From Vermamoeba vermiformis (taxonomy: Eukaryota): 64,000 bases of DNA. Location of the stretch: positions 1 through 64,000 of the forward strand of contig JBEWZL010000087.1 of the NCBI GenBank assembly GCA_045837725.1. Reading direction: 5' to 3'. This document shows, in pieces, positions 51,288-64,000 of the stretch (positions are counted from its first letter, which is position 1; each line of letters begins with the position of its first letter). The translations under genes were made by a program, and so were the position numbers. The notes beneath the pieces were generated by a model that was given only the letters and a program-made list of their open reading frames with translations, searched no databases and was not told the DNA's origin.

Positions 51288-51687
51288 TTCGGTATTTGTA
51301 CTAAAATAATAATAACACGACGTACCGATTTCAAAGTTGTTAGCATTACTTGAAACAATCACGTGCGACATAAATAACCCACGTGGATCTTCTCTTTCCA
51401 ATAAAGCCGAACTTGGTCATAGGACCGTTATGCAAACGTCGTCTTTCAACATAGTTAGAAGTAAACTAAAGCATAGCACTTTGGTACTTCGTGGCCAACA
51501 AGGTTTTGGATGCAAAGCTCAACTGCCATGGACGGATTTCGGATTAATCCAAATTTGTTTCAACATCCGAGATACTAATTTACAGTTAGTTTTGAGGTCA
51601 CAAAAGTAAAACGGTTTAAACGAAAACAAATTTAAATTTTCAATTTTCTTCTACCTTTGGTAACACCAACCACACGAGATCTTCGCG

Positions 51688-51740
51688 TTTTTTTTTTTGT
51701 GTTTTTTTTTTCCCTTTTTTTTTTTTTTTTTGTTTTCCCC
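51688..51740. repeat. Poly-T low-complexity tract
   Basis: Near-continuous T run with interspersed G/C. Confidence 0.9.
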
Positions 51741-51767
51741 CCTTCATCATTAACGTCGGCCAAAAAG

Positions 51768-52326
51768 TAACCTTCAACGGCTCTTTCGATAGCCATCCTT
51801 TGCAACCTGGTGTCGCTAACGGTAAGAATTTTTAATTGTGATCGATTTACTTTAAGTCTTTAAAAATATTTCTTTAGTGCTTAGCAAATATTAAAGTAAC
51901 ATAACGTAACTATTTGATCGTATCTTTGCAATATATTTACCTTATTATTTTATAGACACGGATGTGGAAGCCAGCACCGACCCCACCACTCCCTTCTACA
52001 TTAATCCGTCCACTGTTGTTAGCACGGGTGATAGCTATACTTACACTTTTAGCTCCGTCGGTGCGTTCCCTTACTACTGTCAAGTCACGAGTCACGCAAC
52101 CGCCGGCATGCGCGGAGTTCTTTACGTCGATACTGGATGTGTTGCTCCTCCTGTAGCACCTGTCGCTCCTCCTGTTGACCCTCCTGTGGCTGCTCCAGTC
52201 GAAGCACCTGTTACTGCGCCCAAGGCTGCCCCTGTTGCCAAGACACCTGTCAAAATGTCGGATGCCACGAAGTTAGTCTTCTCTGCAGCTGCCGCTATTA
52301 TCGGCGCTGTCGCCATTATAATGTAA
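51768..52326 (+). CDS. GPI-anchored cupredoxin/plastocyanin-like copper protein (5' end obscured)
   Basis: Exon SFDSHPL plus YYCQVTSHATAGMRG supply type-1 Cu ligands H...C-H-M. P/V/A stalk and hydrophobic C-terminus. Confidence 0.75.
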
Positions 52327-52643
52327 TTATATACTAAGATAAGATAATTGTGGCCTACATTTAGCTTCAAATTGATTTTTAAATTTAATAATCAATTAAA
52401 ATAAATAGGCAAGCTTAGCAAATTAAATACCTGTAAGAAACGGTTAATAAAAATATTTTTGGCAAATTTATAATCCTACCTAAAAGGGATTTTGGCGCCA
52501 TCCACGTAAAATCAATTTTTGAAAATCTAATCAAAAGCGCACGTACTTTAGATAATTCGTTGGTATGACTTGGTAATAATCACGCAACTGCACGAGGGGA
52601 CTCTTATGTTATGTTGATCAAAACATTTGAGGAATTGTGTTTA

Positions 52644-55600
52644 TTAGATCTTGTTTGGCAGCGGATCTTTAAACAACTGAGAAACACGACCCTGGTCGCG
52701 CAATTGTTTCTTTTCTTCTTCGCTGAGTTCACGACGATCAGCCTTTTGGAATTGACGCGTGCCTGGCTTTCTGAACCACGGGACATAGCGTTTGTCCTTG
52801 CCGGAAATTTGATCTATCTCCTTAGCCACCTGCGTTAACTTGCCGCATGAGGCCTTGAAATTAATTACAAAGTCCTCGCTCCAATGTATGGAGAAGCCCT
52901 TTTCTTTCATTTCCTTCAAAAAATTGATGCCGGATGTGTAAAGTTGCGACTTGGCACACGCTGCACAAAACAAGTATTAATATTCTAATACATTCATCTT
53001 ATAGTAGATGCCGGTGCGGTCGTAATATAGCGTTAGAAGGCCTAACTACTAATAATATAGAGGTAATTACCATCAACTAAGAACGTGTAAGTAGCCTTGT
53101 TCGGCTCAATTTTTTCAGCTTTCATCAAGTTGAACATATCTATCGCTCGCTCTGCTTTATGTACTCGGGCGAACATCTGTAATATATCGATATTAATACT
53201 CGTTATCGAATATAGTAAGACGCCGAAAGTACGTAAAAGATCCGCTGATCTAAATGGCTTACCTTGATCAACGAGTTGTACGAGTAATCATCAGGTACTA
53301 ATCCGTGCTTCTCGAATTCAGTTTTCATCACTTCCATTGCTCGATTTAATCGCAACGCTTCAGTGAACAAACTATAAAAAAAATTTCGTTAGCATACATC
53401 CACTTTGCCTTGGAAAAAGTAAGCTCATTAATGCAATCATATCAAATAATACCTTAAGTACTGGTTCATGGTAAAGTTTGTGGGTTTAACGCCGTTGTCC
53501 AACATTTTCTGATAGATCTTCATTCCCTTTTCAATATTCGGTGTGGTCTTAGTCATATCTACACGATGTGCCACGCTATATCCGTGAATCATCCACGCAT
53601 AAGTATGCTCTTTTTTCGCAGCCTCAGGAATCATCATCAACTGGTCAAAAATCCTAATGACAAAAAGTTAGATCCGCATCCGCAAGGCACAATGTCTGTC
53701 CAAACCATAGTATGCCTATATTTGTCATACGTTACGAGGTACTTACAATTCTCCTGTTTTGGCGTCACCTCCCCTTGCTGCAGTCTTGAGTAACAGCGTC
53801 AAAGTATATACATCGGGAGCGAAGCCATCGTCCTTCATTTTTTCGAGCACATTGAACGCATCTTTGTAATAGTCCTTTCTTGTCGACAAACATTGGAGTA
53901 AGCTGTTGTACGTAACTTCTGTCGGTTGCATTTTCAGATGCGTCATTTCGTCGTACAAAAGTAATGCTCGTTCTGCTTCTTCTCTCTGAAATAAATATTT
54001 TTATTAGTAACTACGTACGAATATAGAAAAATTAATACAAAAAGAAAGTTTAGGTTAGTTGAAGCTGAAGCAGATCTTGAAAAAAAAAAATGAAATTATC
54101 AACCAAATGCTAATGGCTGCTTACCATCGTGCAAGCATTAATCATTAATGTGTATTGAACTTCATCAGGAACAAGACCAGTCCATGTTCGCATGTGATCC
54201 CAAGTTTGCCAAGCACGATCCACTTGTTGTTCGAGCAAACACCCGTGTATGAGTGACGAATATAAAACCTATTACGATATCGTATTAGCATGTGGTCGTC
54301 ATTGCAAATAATATTGTATTAATATTTGCATGAATTATAACATACGGGTGAAGCTGGCACGTCGTATTTCTTGGTCATTTCAACGAGACTGTAGGCACGA
54401 TTCAATTGACCGGACTTCACGCACACATCCGCCAATACACCGAAAGTGTAGTCTGTAGGCTTAAGACCATCTAAATATATTTGTCGTTAGTTACTTCTAT
54501 CCTTTCTACTTTAGGTAATTTTAATGCTTGCGTGCGCAACTTCCACTCAATATTTTTCATTCTTTAGAACGGCCTTGCCAACGGCGCTTCTAATTATTAA
54601 ATATAGGTCTCGAGACTTACCCTTTAAAATAGTTTCAAATATTCTGAACGCTTCGTCAACGTCTTTGGAAGCAACGCAACCAGTCATCAAACTTGTGTAT
54701 ATCATCACATTCGGCTTCATTCCTCGGGTCTGTAGCATTTTATATTAGTATTTGCATAAATATTTACATCTCCTAATACGATAAATTTTAAAAGTAACGT
54801 TAATGCAGATCCTGTGGATCTGCTAGTTTGGCACGTATGAAAGTACGAATGGTTCACATAGAAATATGCGTGCTTATACTTACGCGCATGTCAACGAGAG
54901 CTTCTTTCGCTTTTTGATATTCGCCCATTGCCGAAAGTCCTCTGATGAACGTGTTGTACGTCTTTTCATTGCGTGGATAAATTTCAAAAAATTCGTTGAT
55001 TTCTGTGGTAACCAATTTCAGTTCTCTTTTGAATACTGGCGTCCTATTTATATAATATTATTATCGGCTCTTCATCTTAATAATTAAGTTCCTGCGTGGC
55101 TGTTCTAATGCAGATCCGTTACATTAGAATTCAGTCTAATTTCAAAATTGTTGCAAATACCAGCGCAAGTACTTACTCTACAGGCTTCATTAGTAATTGA
55201 ACGAATCGTCGTGCGTCAGTTTCAACTTTAGCCTCTTCAGCCGGCGTCAGAGGTGTTTTATCATATTTCGCTTTCAATAAATCTTCTTTGGTCATTAACG
55301 CTGGATTCTTTTCGCGAGGAATTAATCTGTTATCTAATTAAAAGGAGAGATTATTAGCTATTTTTTGTGATGAGTTCAGCGGTGGGCGATCGAGTGGATC
55401 GAGGTCTCTGTGTGGTTACGTATTGAACCAAATGTTATATAATTCAAATATTCAGATCTCGTCTATGTACTTGCCTACTAATTTATTCATTTCGGGAGCG
55501 CTAATTTCAGCAATCTCGTTTTGGATACTCTTCCTTGACTGCGGCTTCGAGCTTGGCGCTAAAAAAATGTTAATTAATTGCACGTCCATTCATATAATAT

Positions 55601-55876
55601 ATTAGTACGCTTTAAATCGCAAACGCACGAGCAGGCTCTCGAGCGATAATTATTAGCGATCTGATCTCGTTTTTCATCCAACAAAAAGACGTTTGTTATA
55701 ATAAATATGTTATACGTACCCCTTTTTTTAGCGGCATAATTACGATATATTATACAAAGAGAATTGTTGAATTGCTCAGATCGGGTGGGATTTGCGAACA
55801 AACTTGTAGTCGCAGAAAGCCCTCGTCGTGTGTTCAACGCCCTTGAGCTAGATGCTGACGTTAATAGCCGTAGCAT
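52644..55876 (-). CDS. Mitochondrial pentatricopeptide-repeat (PPR) protein
   Basis: Transit-peptide-like N-terminus MLRLLTSASSSRALNTRR. Repeated PPR motifs (PNVMIYTSLMTGC, PTEVTYNSLLQC, PDVYTLTLLL, PDDYSYNSLI). Confidence 0.88.
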
Positions 55877-56004
55877 CCTTATTGTGTTGTTATTTACAAA
55901 ACAGATCTGGATAAAAAATTGAAATCACGGTGACGCTGTTTTATCGTTCAAGATCAATTAGGAGAGCCACAAATAATAACTCCTGTAAATATTATAATAT
56001 AGCC

Positions 56005-56845
56005 ATGGCCTCCGCAGCAGTAGCAGAAGCAGCTCACGTTGTTAAAATTACATTGGTCAAATGCGGATTGCACAAGCCTCCATCTATCAGAAAAACTCTT
56101 AGCGCATTAGGATTAAAAAAATTACATCAAACAGTTTATCACAAAAATATTAGACCCGTTAGAGGCATGATTTACGAGGTAATTATCGAGAGATATTATT
56201 ATTGATAAAATATTACTTGCAACGGTCCAATCAACTTATTTTACGAGCCAAATGTGTTCATAATACCAACGATATTTTATAGATATTTAAAATAATAGTA
56301 ACGAGTTATGAACGCAGAGAATAATCCTCTGGATGTCCTTGCGCATCAACTGTTTGATCGCAAGGCATTGAACGCTCTGATAAATTTGTAATCAGTATTT
56401 TATTGTTAATTGCACGTGTGGTGACAATTACATCATAAAAAATTGCGTATGAAGTTCTCCTGGTACGAGATTCTGGATTGTCAGATGGCAAATCTGGATT
56501 CGCTTACCTCGATATCTCATAGCACTGTTAATTGTTTCATCATACATTATCAACATATTTGCACGATCTAAAAGCTGTTTACATACTATTTCTACTGTTC
56601 ATTGGCTCGATTTATCGGAGCAGGATCTTACGAGATTCCATGCCGTTTGCAAATGCCATAAACTGTCTACTTTAGTGTTCGTTATATACCTTGTTATTAA
56701 TAGCGTCTTGTAATAGGTGAGGCACTATGTTGACGTCGAGCCGATGACCAAGAGCAAGATCGAGCAACTAAAACACAAGTACTTGACCACCGTTCAAGCC
56801 GCTACTCCACTGACAGCTCCAGAACAACAAGAACAAAAACAATAA
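56005..56845 (+). CDS. MRPL30: Mitochondrial ribosomal protein uL30m
   Basis: KITLVKCGLHKPPSIRKTLSALGLKKLHQTVYHKNIRPVRGMIYE|VRHYVDVE; one ~540-nt intron. Confidence 0.85.
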
Positions 56846-58016
56846 GCCTACTAATAAGTACAAATATATATACACCAATTTTTAATCCGACGGATATTGT
56901 AATAAACTAATTTAGCCAGATTCGCACGGTGAAATTAATTATTGCAAATTAATCAATCCAGGATTCAATCTCGTAATTTCTATGTTACTAATCATAGACC
57001 GACGAATTGCACGAGAAATAAAGGCATGGCAAAGCAATGAAGCGCAATCACGACAGCAGTTCCGAATCCAATACTCGATGCTCGCTACGACCGCTTTGGA
57101 TGTGGATAAATGATCATCCCTCTCGTGTTGCGCTGCCACCGTACTATCGTACGCATGACTTCTATATTAAGCTAATGACAGGTACCTTCAGACGTAGACT
57201 AAGCATTGCGATCCTTTCGCGTATCAACTCGAATCATAGCGGGAAGTTTTGAAGGCGCTCAACCAGCATACTGACAGTACCGTATAATGTCTGAAGTAAC
57301 TTAGCGATTCGCAGCTCATTCCGAGATTATGACGTTCGGTGCCAGGTTGCCCAGTTTAGCTCCAATTTTTCCGCAATTTATCCACTTTATCTCGAACGCG
57401 CAGAGGACTTTACGGTAAGGCATATAATACCGAAAGGCGTACATATTAGCTTTACCATGAGATTAGGCTCAAGTATACTATCAGTTGGAGTTATTGTTGT
57501 GGATGGAGGCCAAACCAAAAACAAAATTTAAAATTTATGCAAGCCGACAATGACAAGGCACGTGAGATCCTTTTATTCATGGCTTTCATGAAAGCCAATA
57601 CACGCACGTGGTCGCGAGTTTCGCTAAATTTGGTCGGCATCGTTGAATTCTATTTTTATTATTGTCTGTTAGCTATTAAAAGCCTCACAGTGCCTCCGCT
57701 CGATTTAGTTCATCGTAACTTGAACCGTAATATTCCCGATCAAGCAAACGAGATCGTCGTATAGCTCAAGTAAGTACACTACGATATCGAGAAAGCTCCG
57801 GAGCTTCGGGTCACATCCGATGCGCAAAAACCTTTGCTTGTTTTTAATTCTCTTTGTTGAAAATAGCTATGATAGCATGTATATATGCTATTTTAAAGCT
57901 TTAAATTTCTTGCTATCGCCACGCGTTTCAATAATTTCTGTCATAATCAAAAAAATATGTCACACTAATTTTTTCTTTTATGCCCAGCAGTTTAACCGAT
58001 AAACAACACTATCAGC

Positions 58017-61000
58017 ATGGGTCGTAATAAAATTGTTATACAACGAATTTCTAATGAAAGGAATCGACAGGTAAGAATGTGAAATTCATAATCATGCCGA
58101 TCCTTTGCTTTCGGATTTCACTTCAGTAATCGTGGAGAAAAAAGCTAATATTAAAAATAATAGGCCACATTTACTAAGAGAAAAAATGGATTGATAAAGA
58201 AGGCGATGGAGCTGTCGATCCTCTGCGACTGCGAAATCGCGCTCATCATCTTCAACTCCAACAACAAACTGTATCAATACTCGAGCACTGATATGGACAA
58301 AATATTGTTAAAATACACTGATTATAACGAACCTCATTCACCGCTTTCAAACAACGATGTAAGTAATTTTACGCTTCACATCAGCAAGGAATTATTTTTA
58401 AACCTTTGTTTGATCATAATTTCGAAAAAGGTTACTTATCACTAGTTTTACACGTCGTTACGAAATACCGTAATATTAAGGCTTCTGATATAAATAGTTT
58501 TCTTTTTTGTCCCACGCTGCTAAAAACAGTTCAAGATCTAAATATAACCCCAAAATATCCTTTTTACGGCATTGCCTAGCCCACAGAATACTATTATCTT
58601 ATTTGCAAATTGCATAATAGTTTGATTTCATATTTTAATTAATGGATAAAATTCCCTGGAGGCTGGATTCCTTCGCGTTTAAATTTTATTGATTACACAT
58701 CCAGTTTTTATCTCCCACGACATTAAATTAATCATCTATCATTATTCTGCATCAATCGGTGCCTATAGTATGCGTACCATTGAATACATTAATTTTCCGT
58801 CGTGTACTTTTGTAGTTTTGTCTACTGACTGATTAGCCTCGGATCAATACCATTATATTCCGTCATAATAATACGGAAGATTGTTTACAATACTAACGCT
58901 GCTATTCACAGTATTGGAAGCACTTTGCAAACAAAGGAAAAGGTAAAGCTCCTTAACAGCCCGTCTGTTGAAATCATAGTAATTGTTCAATAGACGATTG
59001 AACATCATCTAGAGTATCGCAGTATCATAACTAATACTAATCTTTGCTAATTCTTAGGCAAGAGAAAGCTGGATGCCGACGAGGGAGGTAGCGAAGAAGA
59101 AGACATTGGTGGCGTTTCAACGCATAAGAACAGTGCGGAGGAAAAGACACACAGCGGTAGCCCTTCATTACGAGCATCGCAAGGTCACGCGGCTGGCAGC
59201 GGATCCGACCCGACTGGATTATTAGGGCTGGCTGGATCTGGTGGACACGGAAACACCAACCAGAATGGCCAAGCTATGCAAGGAGGCCCCGTCATTAAGA
59301 ACGAAGTCACGCATTATCCAATGTCACAGCACTCATCCGTCGCGGATGAAATTCGTGAAAAGATAACTAAGGCGAAGGCTCAACAAAACAACGCGAACGC
59401 TAATAACGACGATACGACGTTCAAGCCTCCTTCTAATCCTGTTGGTCATAATCAAGGTCAACAACAGAATCAGTTCGCCCAAGTAAGTCATTCTTACAAT
59501 TTAAGTTTTTAACAAATTTGGCTCGTTTCAGTCAAACCTCCGAAAGCAAATTGAATTAATTCCAAATTTCTTTCTTGGATTATCATAATATGCTTTTAAA
59601 TAAGTTTTATAACAATGTGCGTGTCTATTGGCGCTTTTGCGAGCGGGTTTACTTTGCAAACGTCAACGCCACATCCGTAAAACAAAACACGGGACAAATT
59701 ATACTTTTTGTTTTTGGCATTAGGAAAATTTGTGTCGTGTCGACTTTCAATTTCATCGTATTGAATGAATTGCATCTTTCGTTTAAGACTCATCGTTCGC
59801 TTGCGAATTCTTTTGAAACTAATTCGGGATCCGCTTATTTTTAGCACCAGCAGCAAGCGCAGCAGCAACAGCAACAAGAGCAATATGCCCAACAGATGGC
59901 TCAAGCACCTTACATTCACCCTGGTTATCCTGCATACATGCAATACATGCGCGGAGGAGGTAAAGCTTCAGATTTAAAATTTCGCAACCGCTCCATATTT
60001 AGAAATTTTCGAATCCGATCCGAGACTAACGGATTACTCTCCACGAACTTTAGGCTATCCAAACTTGCCGCCGACGATGTACAGCAACGCTCCTCAAATG
60101 CCCTCGCCGATGATGATGGGCGGTCCATTTGGACAACAGCAAATGAACTTCGGACAAATGCCTCCACCTCCTGCTCCAGCGCCAGATGCAGGATGAAGGA
60201 AGCGACGATGAAGGCATGGCTCGTGGCGCAAAGCGATCGCGATTTGGAAAGAAGGACCTCAGCATCCAGATTCCAGACGCAAAGAAGGTAAGTCGAACAG
60301 AGATACCAATCTCGCAATATATGAGATAGACACATTTTTAATGAAACAAGATTCGTTGAATGTGCTATTGTTAGATTTATTTATTTTGCAGCACACAAAA
60401 TCTTATTCGTGCGAGATTGACGTGTGATAAATTTTACTGGATCTGGGCAATGCAATTTATTATAACTCCGTATCGATTATATTATGTGATAAATCTCTCG
60501 GATACGACGAATATCTATCGCGTATTGCAGCATTATCCTTCAGCCCAAATTTTTTGTAGATCTGACACTAGTCAAACGTAAAATTATAATCATAAGTTTG
60601 CGTTTAAAAATGCTGTTTAATCATATCTGCTACAATCACAAACCTTAAGACGCAACGGTCTGGCGCTATTTTTACTCTTTTTAGTAGTTGCTCCATATCG
60701 GGCCGTGCGTTTTAACTTTTATTTCGGCTGGGAATACCCACCTAGACCTTTTAAACATTAAAAATCTTATTTATCGATATATATTCTGATACAATACTAA
60801 TTATGTTGTCATTAACAGTCGTTAACAATCCCTCCGTCACTACCATCGCCAACGACTTTTGCACCATCCATACCGCTGCCGCAATCTCCCACGCTATTGT
60901 CAACGCCTAACCCCAGCATGTTTAGTTCGTTCCCGATGTCTGCCTCGCCACGAACGCCTACACAGTTCTTTGGCACCGATCTCATGTTCCACAATCAACA

Positions 61001-61272
61001 AGCGTTTTCACCGTTCTTCCATTCGATGCCATTACAAAATACTTACGAGCTGCCGACGTTAAAGTACGTAATCTAATTATATATGATACAAATACTTAGT
61101 TGCAACTCAGTTGGATTGTGCCTTAGATATATGACGTTTTTGACTCGAGATCCGCTGTCTAACAGTAACTTCTTTTAATAGGTCAAATTCGTTAAATAGT
61201 CTATCGAATGATCAAAGTGCGAATGGCAACAAAGATGAAAATTCAGAAGACGCTGATCGGCGGAAAAACTAG
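58017..61272 (+). CDS. MEF2: MADS-box transcription factor, MEF2 type
   Basis: [76 protein letters not shown], followed by Q/P-rich exons. The 3' exon boundaries are approximate. Confidence 0.9.
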
Positions 61273-61760
61273 GCAGATCGCCACTGGCCCGTGTGATTTT
61301 GGTTTTGGCTGCCAAGCCAATTTTGATTAGGGTAATTTTAACTGCTCATTGACGTCATTACTGTTAAATAATATGAGAAATTTGTTTATGGCGTTGATGG
61401 GCAGAGAAATTATCCTTAATTTAATATATAGATTGTACATAGAATAATAGCCAAAAAAGTCAAAAAATATTAGAACGCTATTAATAACGAGACTAATAAT
61501 CAATAGTTAAATAGTATTAGTCAATCGTTATTGATAGCAGTAGTGTAGTTTTACGTAAAATAAAAGAAATTAAATAAACTCATTGTATATCTTCTAATTT
61601 AGATATTTAATACTGTGGTACTTGAACATTATACTATTGTGCTTTTTCCAACCTTCAGCGGTTATTAAATGAAAAAGTGGCACGTGATCTGTGTACAAAA
61701 AATCTTTTGGGCAATCAACGTATTTAATCTGTTAGTTGTAAACATAGAACCTCAATCAAT

Positions 61761-64000
61761 ATGGAAGTAAGTTCGAGTAACTAATTTATGTCAATATACC
61801 CTAGTACAGCTTCTAATGTAGGATTTACTTGTACAGAAAGTCAAATCTCCTCGAGCGGAGCTAAAGAGAAATGACTCGAGTAAGAAATAATAATTTAAAT
61901 TAATTGCTGATGAAAAATACTGCCACCCAAAGATTTTGCGCGGATTTGTGCCGAAAATCTTTAATTTATTCCTTTATGCGGTAATATAATTGCTTGACGT
62001 TGTAATAAAACATATGTGGTATTTATTTTCGATTTTAAAAAGCTAATCTTTATTTGTAGGCAAAGAAAAGGATAAAGATAAGAAGTTGAACAAATCCAAA
62101 CCTCCAATGGTCATTACCGGCCCTACTGGTGTAGTACATCAAGGACATGTCGGATTTAATACTGATCAAGGTCGTTTTGAGGTAATTAACGTCATTTCAT
62201 CTCAGATCGCGCTTGGAAATTTCGTTTCGTTAATGTTTTACTCTCCAGTGGCACGGTCTTCCGGAGTCGTACCAACGATTGTTTACTAATTTGGATAAAA
62301 CCCTGCAAGCTATGGGCGTGAACGGTCTATCTCAAGCAGAAGCCAAATTGCTGCTCAAAGCCCTTCCTACTCTCGGTCCAAATCCTGCTACTGACATGCC
62401 ACTCAAATCTCCATCTAGTTTGAGTGCAGTAAGTATCGCAGTAATATATTAGGTTATATATTAGTACCTTTCAGCTGAAACAGGAATCGGATCTCGCAGA
62501 AGTTTTCTTGTTCTAACGATTACTTAATTAGGATAAGTTGACGAAAGCGAATAGCAGCAAAGATATCAATATTTCATCGCCAACAGCCGCAGCGAAAGTT
62601 TCCAAAGTCAATCAAGGCGTATTGAATCCGCATGTAGAAGGTGCGTTTTTCAATTACATTATTATTTTATAATGAATACTAAATATATTATTGTGTAGCG
62701 CTAAAAGAGATCGTTGGTCAACAAAAGAAGACTCTTGAAGAGCTCAGTCGATTTAAAAATGATTTAGTTGAAGAAAATAACGAACTTCAAAAGAAAATTG
62801 AAGAATTAAAATCGAAACAAGAGTCAGTATCGAAGTTAAAAGAGAGATTGAAGGCGCTTGAAAAATCAGAAAGCGTTAATTCGAAACTTGGCGAGCAAGA
62901 GCGTACTGAAATCGCTAAAATGAAGAAAAAAGTTGAAAAATACAAGAAGGCTCGTACGATGGTCAAAGACGAGAATGAAATGCTTAAACTACAATTAGGC
63001 GCATTTAGTCATATTCAACAATCTCTGGACGCTAAGCAGTCCCGTGCCACCATTCAAGTAAGAGTATTTTTTTTGAAAAGAAAAGATGAAACTGAACTAA
63101 TTGTATTAATACTTCGTTAGGTCGATGAAGTGTACATTAAATTAAAGAGCGAGATTGAAGTCCTTCAAATGAAGTATGAGAAAGAAATCGAGAAGCGACG
63201 TGTCATCGAGAAACAGAAGAAAGAGGCTGATGTCAAGATCGTCGAACTGAAGACAATGCAAGAACAGTCCAGTACGTATTACTGTGTTTTATAGTCAGTT
63301 TAAGTGCTTATCGAACTCGATTTTAGCTCAAGAAATCGCGGATCTGAAATCGAAGCACGAGAAATCTCGCAGTGAGGTAAAGAAACTCAAGTCGAGATTA
63401 AAAGCCCTTCAAAAAGAATTAGAAGAAGCTACTGCCAACACTGAGAACTCGTCAGATATGTATGCTTTCCGTTCCAATACTCATTTGAGTGAATTACTAA
63501 TCGTTCTCCATAGCGATGTTTCGACCCCTCGTCAAACTTCTAGCACTGACTTGACGAGCAGCACTTCAACGGAGTCTATCGAAGCTGATAAGGCCGTTAT
63601 AGCGCCACGAGCTCCTTCGATGGGAGTAGTTACACAACAACAACAACAACGTGCTTCTACCATGGTACTCGCACCTGCTCCGCCACCACCACCTCCCGGT
63701 CAACCGGACTCGCCAGGTAATAAGCCACGATGCGTCTAATCACACAAATATGCTAATAAGCGATATGTAGGTATCAAAAAGGTCGCTCCAAAAGCAGGAC
63801 TAAAGAAAGGACCAATGCCAGGTGGACCCAAAAAGTCACCTGTCACCCCGTTACCTTTGAACGGTGGCGCTGCAGATCCTCGTGGAGGCATTCTTGATGC
63901 TATTAAAAATCAAGAAGTCAGTCTCAAGCCTGTCGTAAGTAACGTATATCAATGTAATAATATGACTAACTGGTCGTAGGAGGACAAGCTGAAAGAGATA
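61761..64000 (+). CDS. CRIB(PBD)-coiled-coil-polyPro-WH2 actin regulator (WASP-related); runs off the right edge
   Basis: VITGPTGVVHQGHVGF (CRIB), long coiled coil, PPPPPP, and DPRGGILDAIKNQEVSLKPV (WH2). Confidence 0.8.

Noticed and set aside
55366-55430. Box C (GTGATGA) snoRNA in a PPR intron
   Set aside because: It is antisense to the host gene and there is no CTGA box D at a suitable distance.

Overview
Gene-dense, intron-rich eukaryotic DNA with short AT-rich GT-AG introns; the gene content is compatible with a free-living amoeboid protist, but the taxon is not determined. The first ~21.5 kb is an accessory cluster of two interleaved paralogous families. Family B (3 full copies plus 1 short copy) has a MYRF-like layout: a ~150-aa putative DNA-binding domain with a basic NLS, a low-complexity linker, a Peptidase S74 intramolecular-chaperone autocleavage domain (S-D-x-x-x-K intact, split across three exons and so invisible in the ORF track), a coiled coil, one TM helix and a C-terminal plant-receptor-type LRR ectodomain. 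This is a candidate one-component receptor-transcription factor. Family A (A1, A2, a spliced A3-A4 tandem fusion, and A5 at 35.5-38 kb) has an unknown N-domain, a degenerate small-GTPase-like domain and a permuted papain/NlpC-P60-like domain with Ser at the expected Cys nucleophile. Some A copies carry a CpG-decay signature. The rest of the window holds a DSP phosphatase, SDR epimerase, CENP-I, a divergent Ras, PARG, a CxxU selenoprotein with a SECIS candidate, an SPPF-type amino-methyltransferase with an NLS, an F-box protein, secreted surface proteins, a GMC oxidoreductase, a beta-helix protein, a cupredoxin, PPR plus uL30m, a MEF2-type MADS factor and a CRIB/WH2 protein. Several single-base frameshifts look like assembly indels. 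All gene models were spliced and translated by eye; no searches were run.
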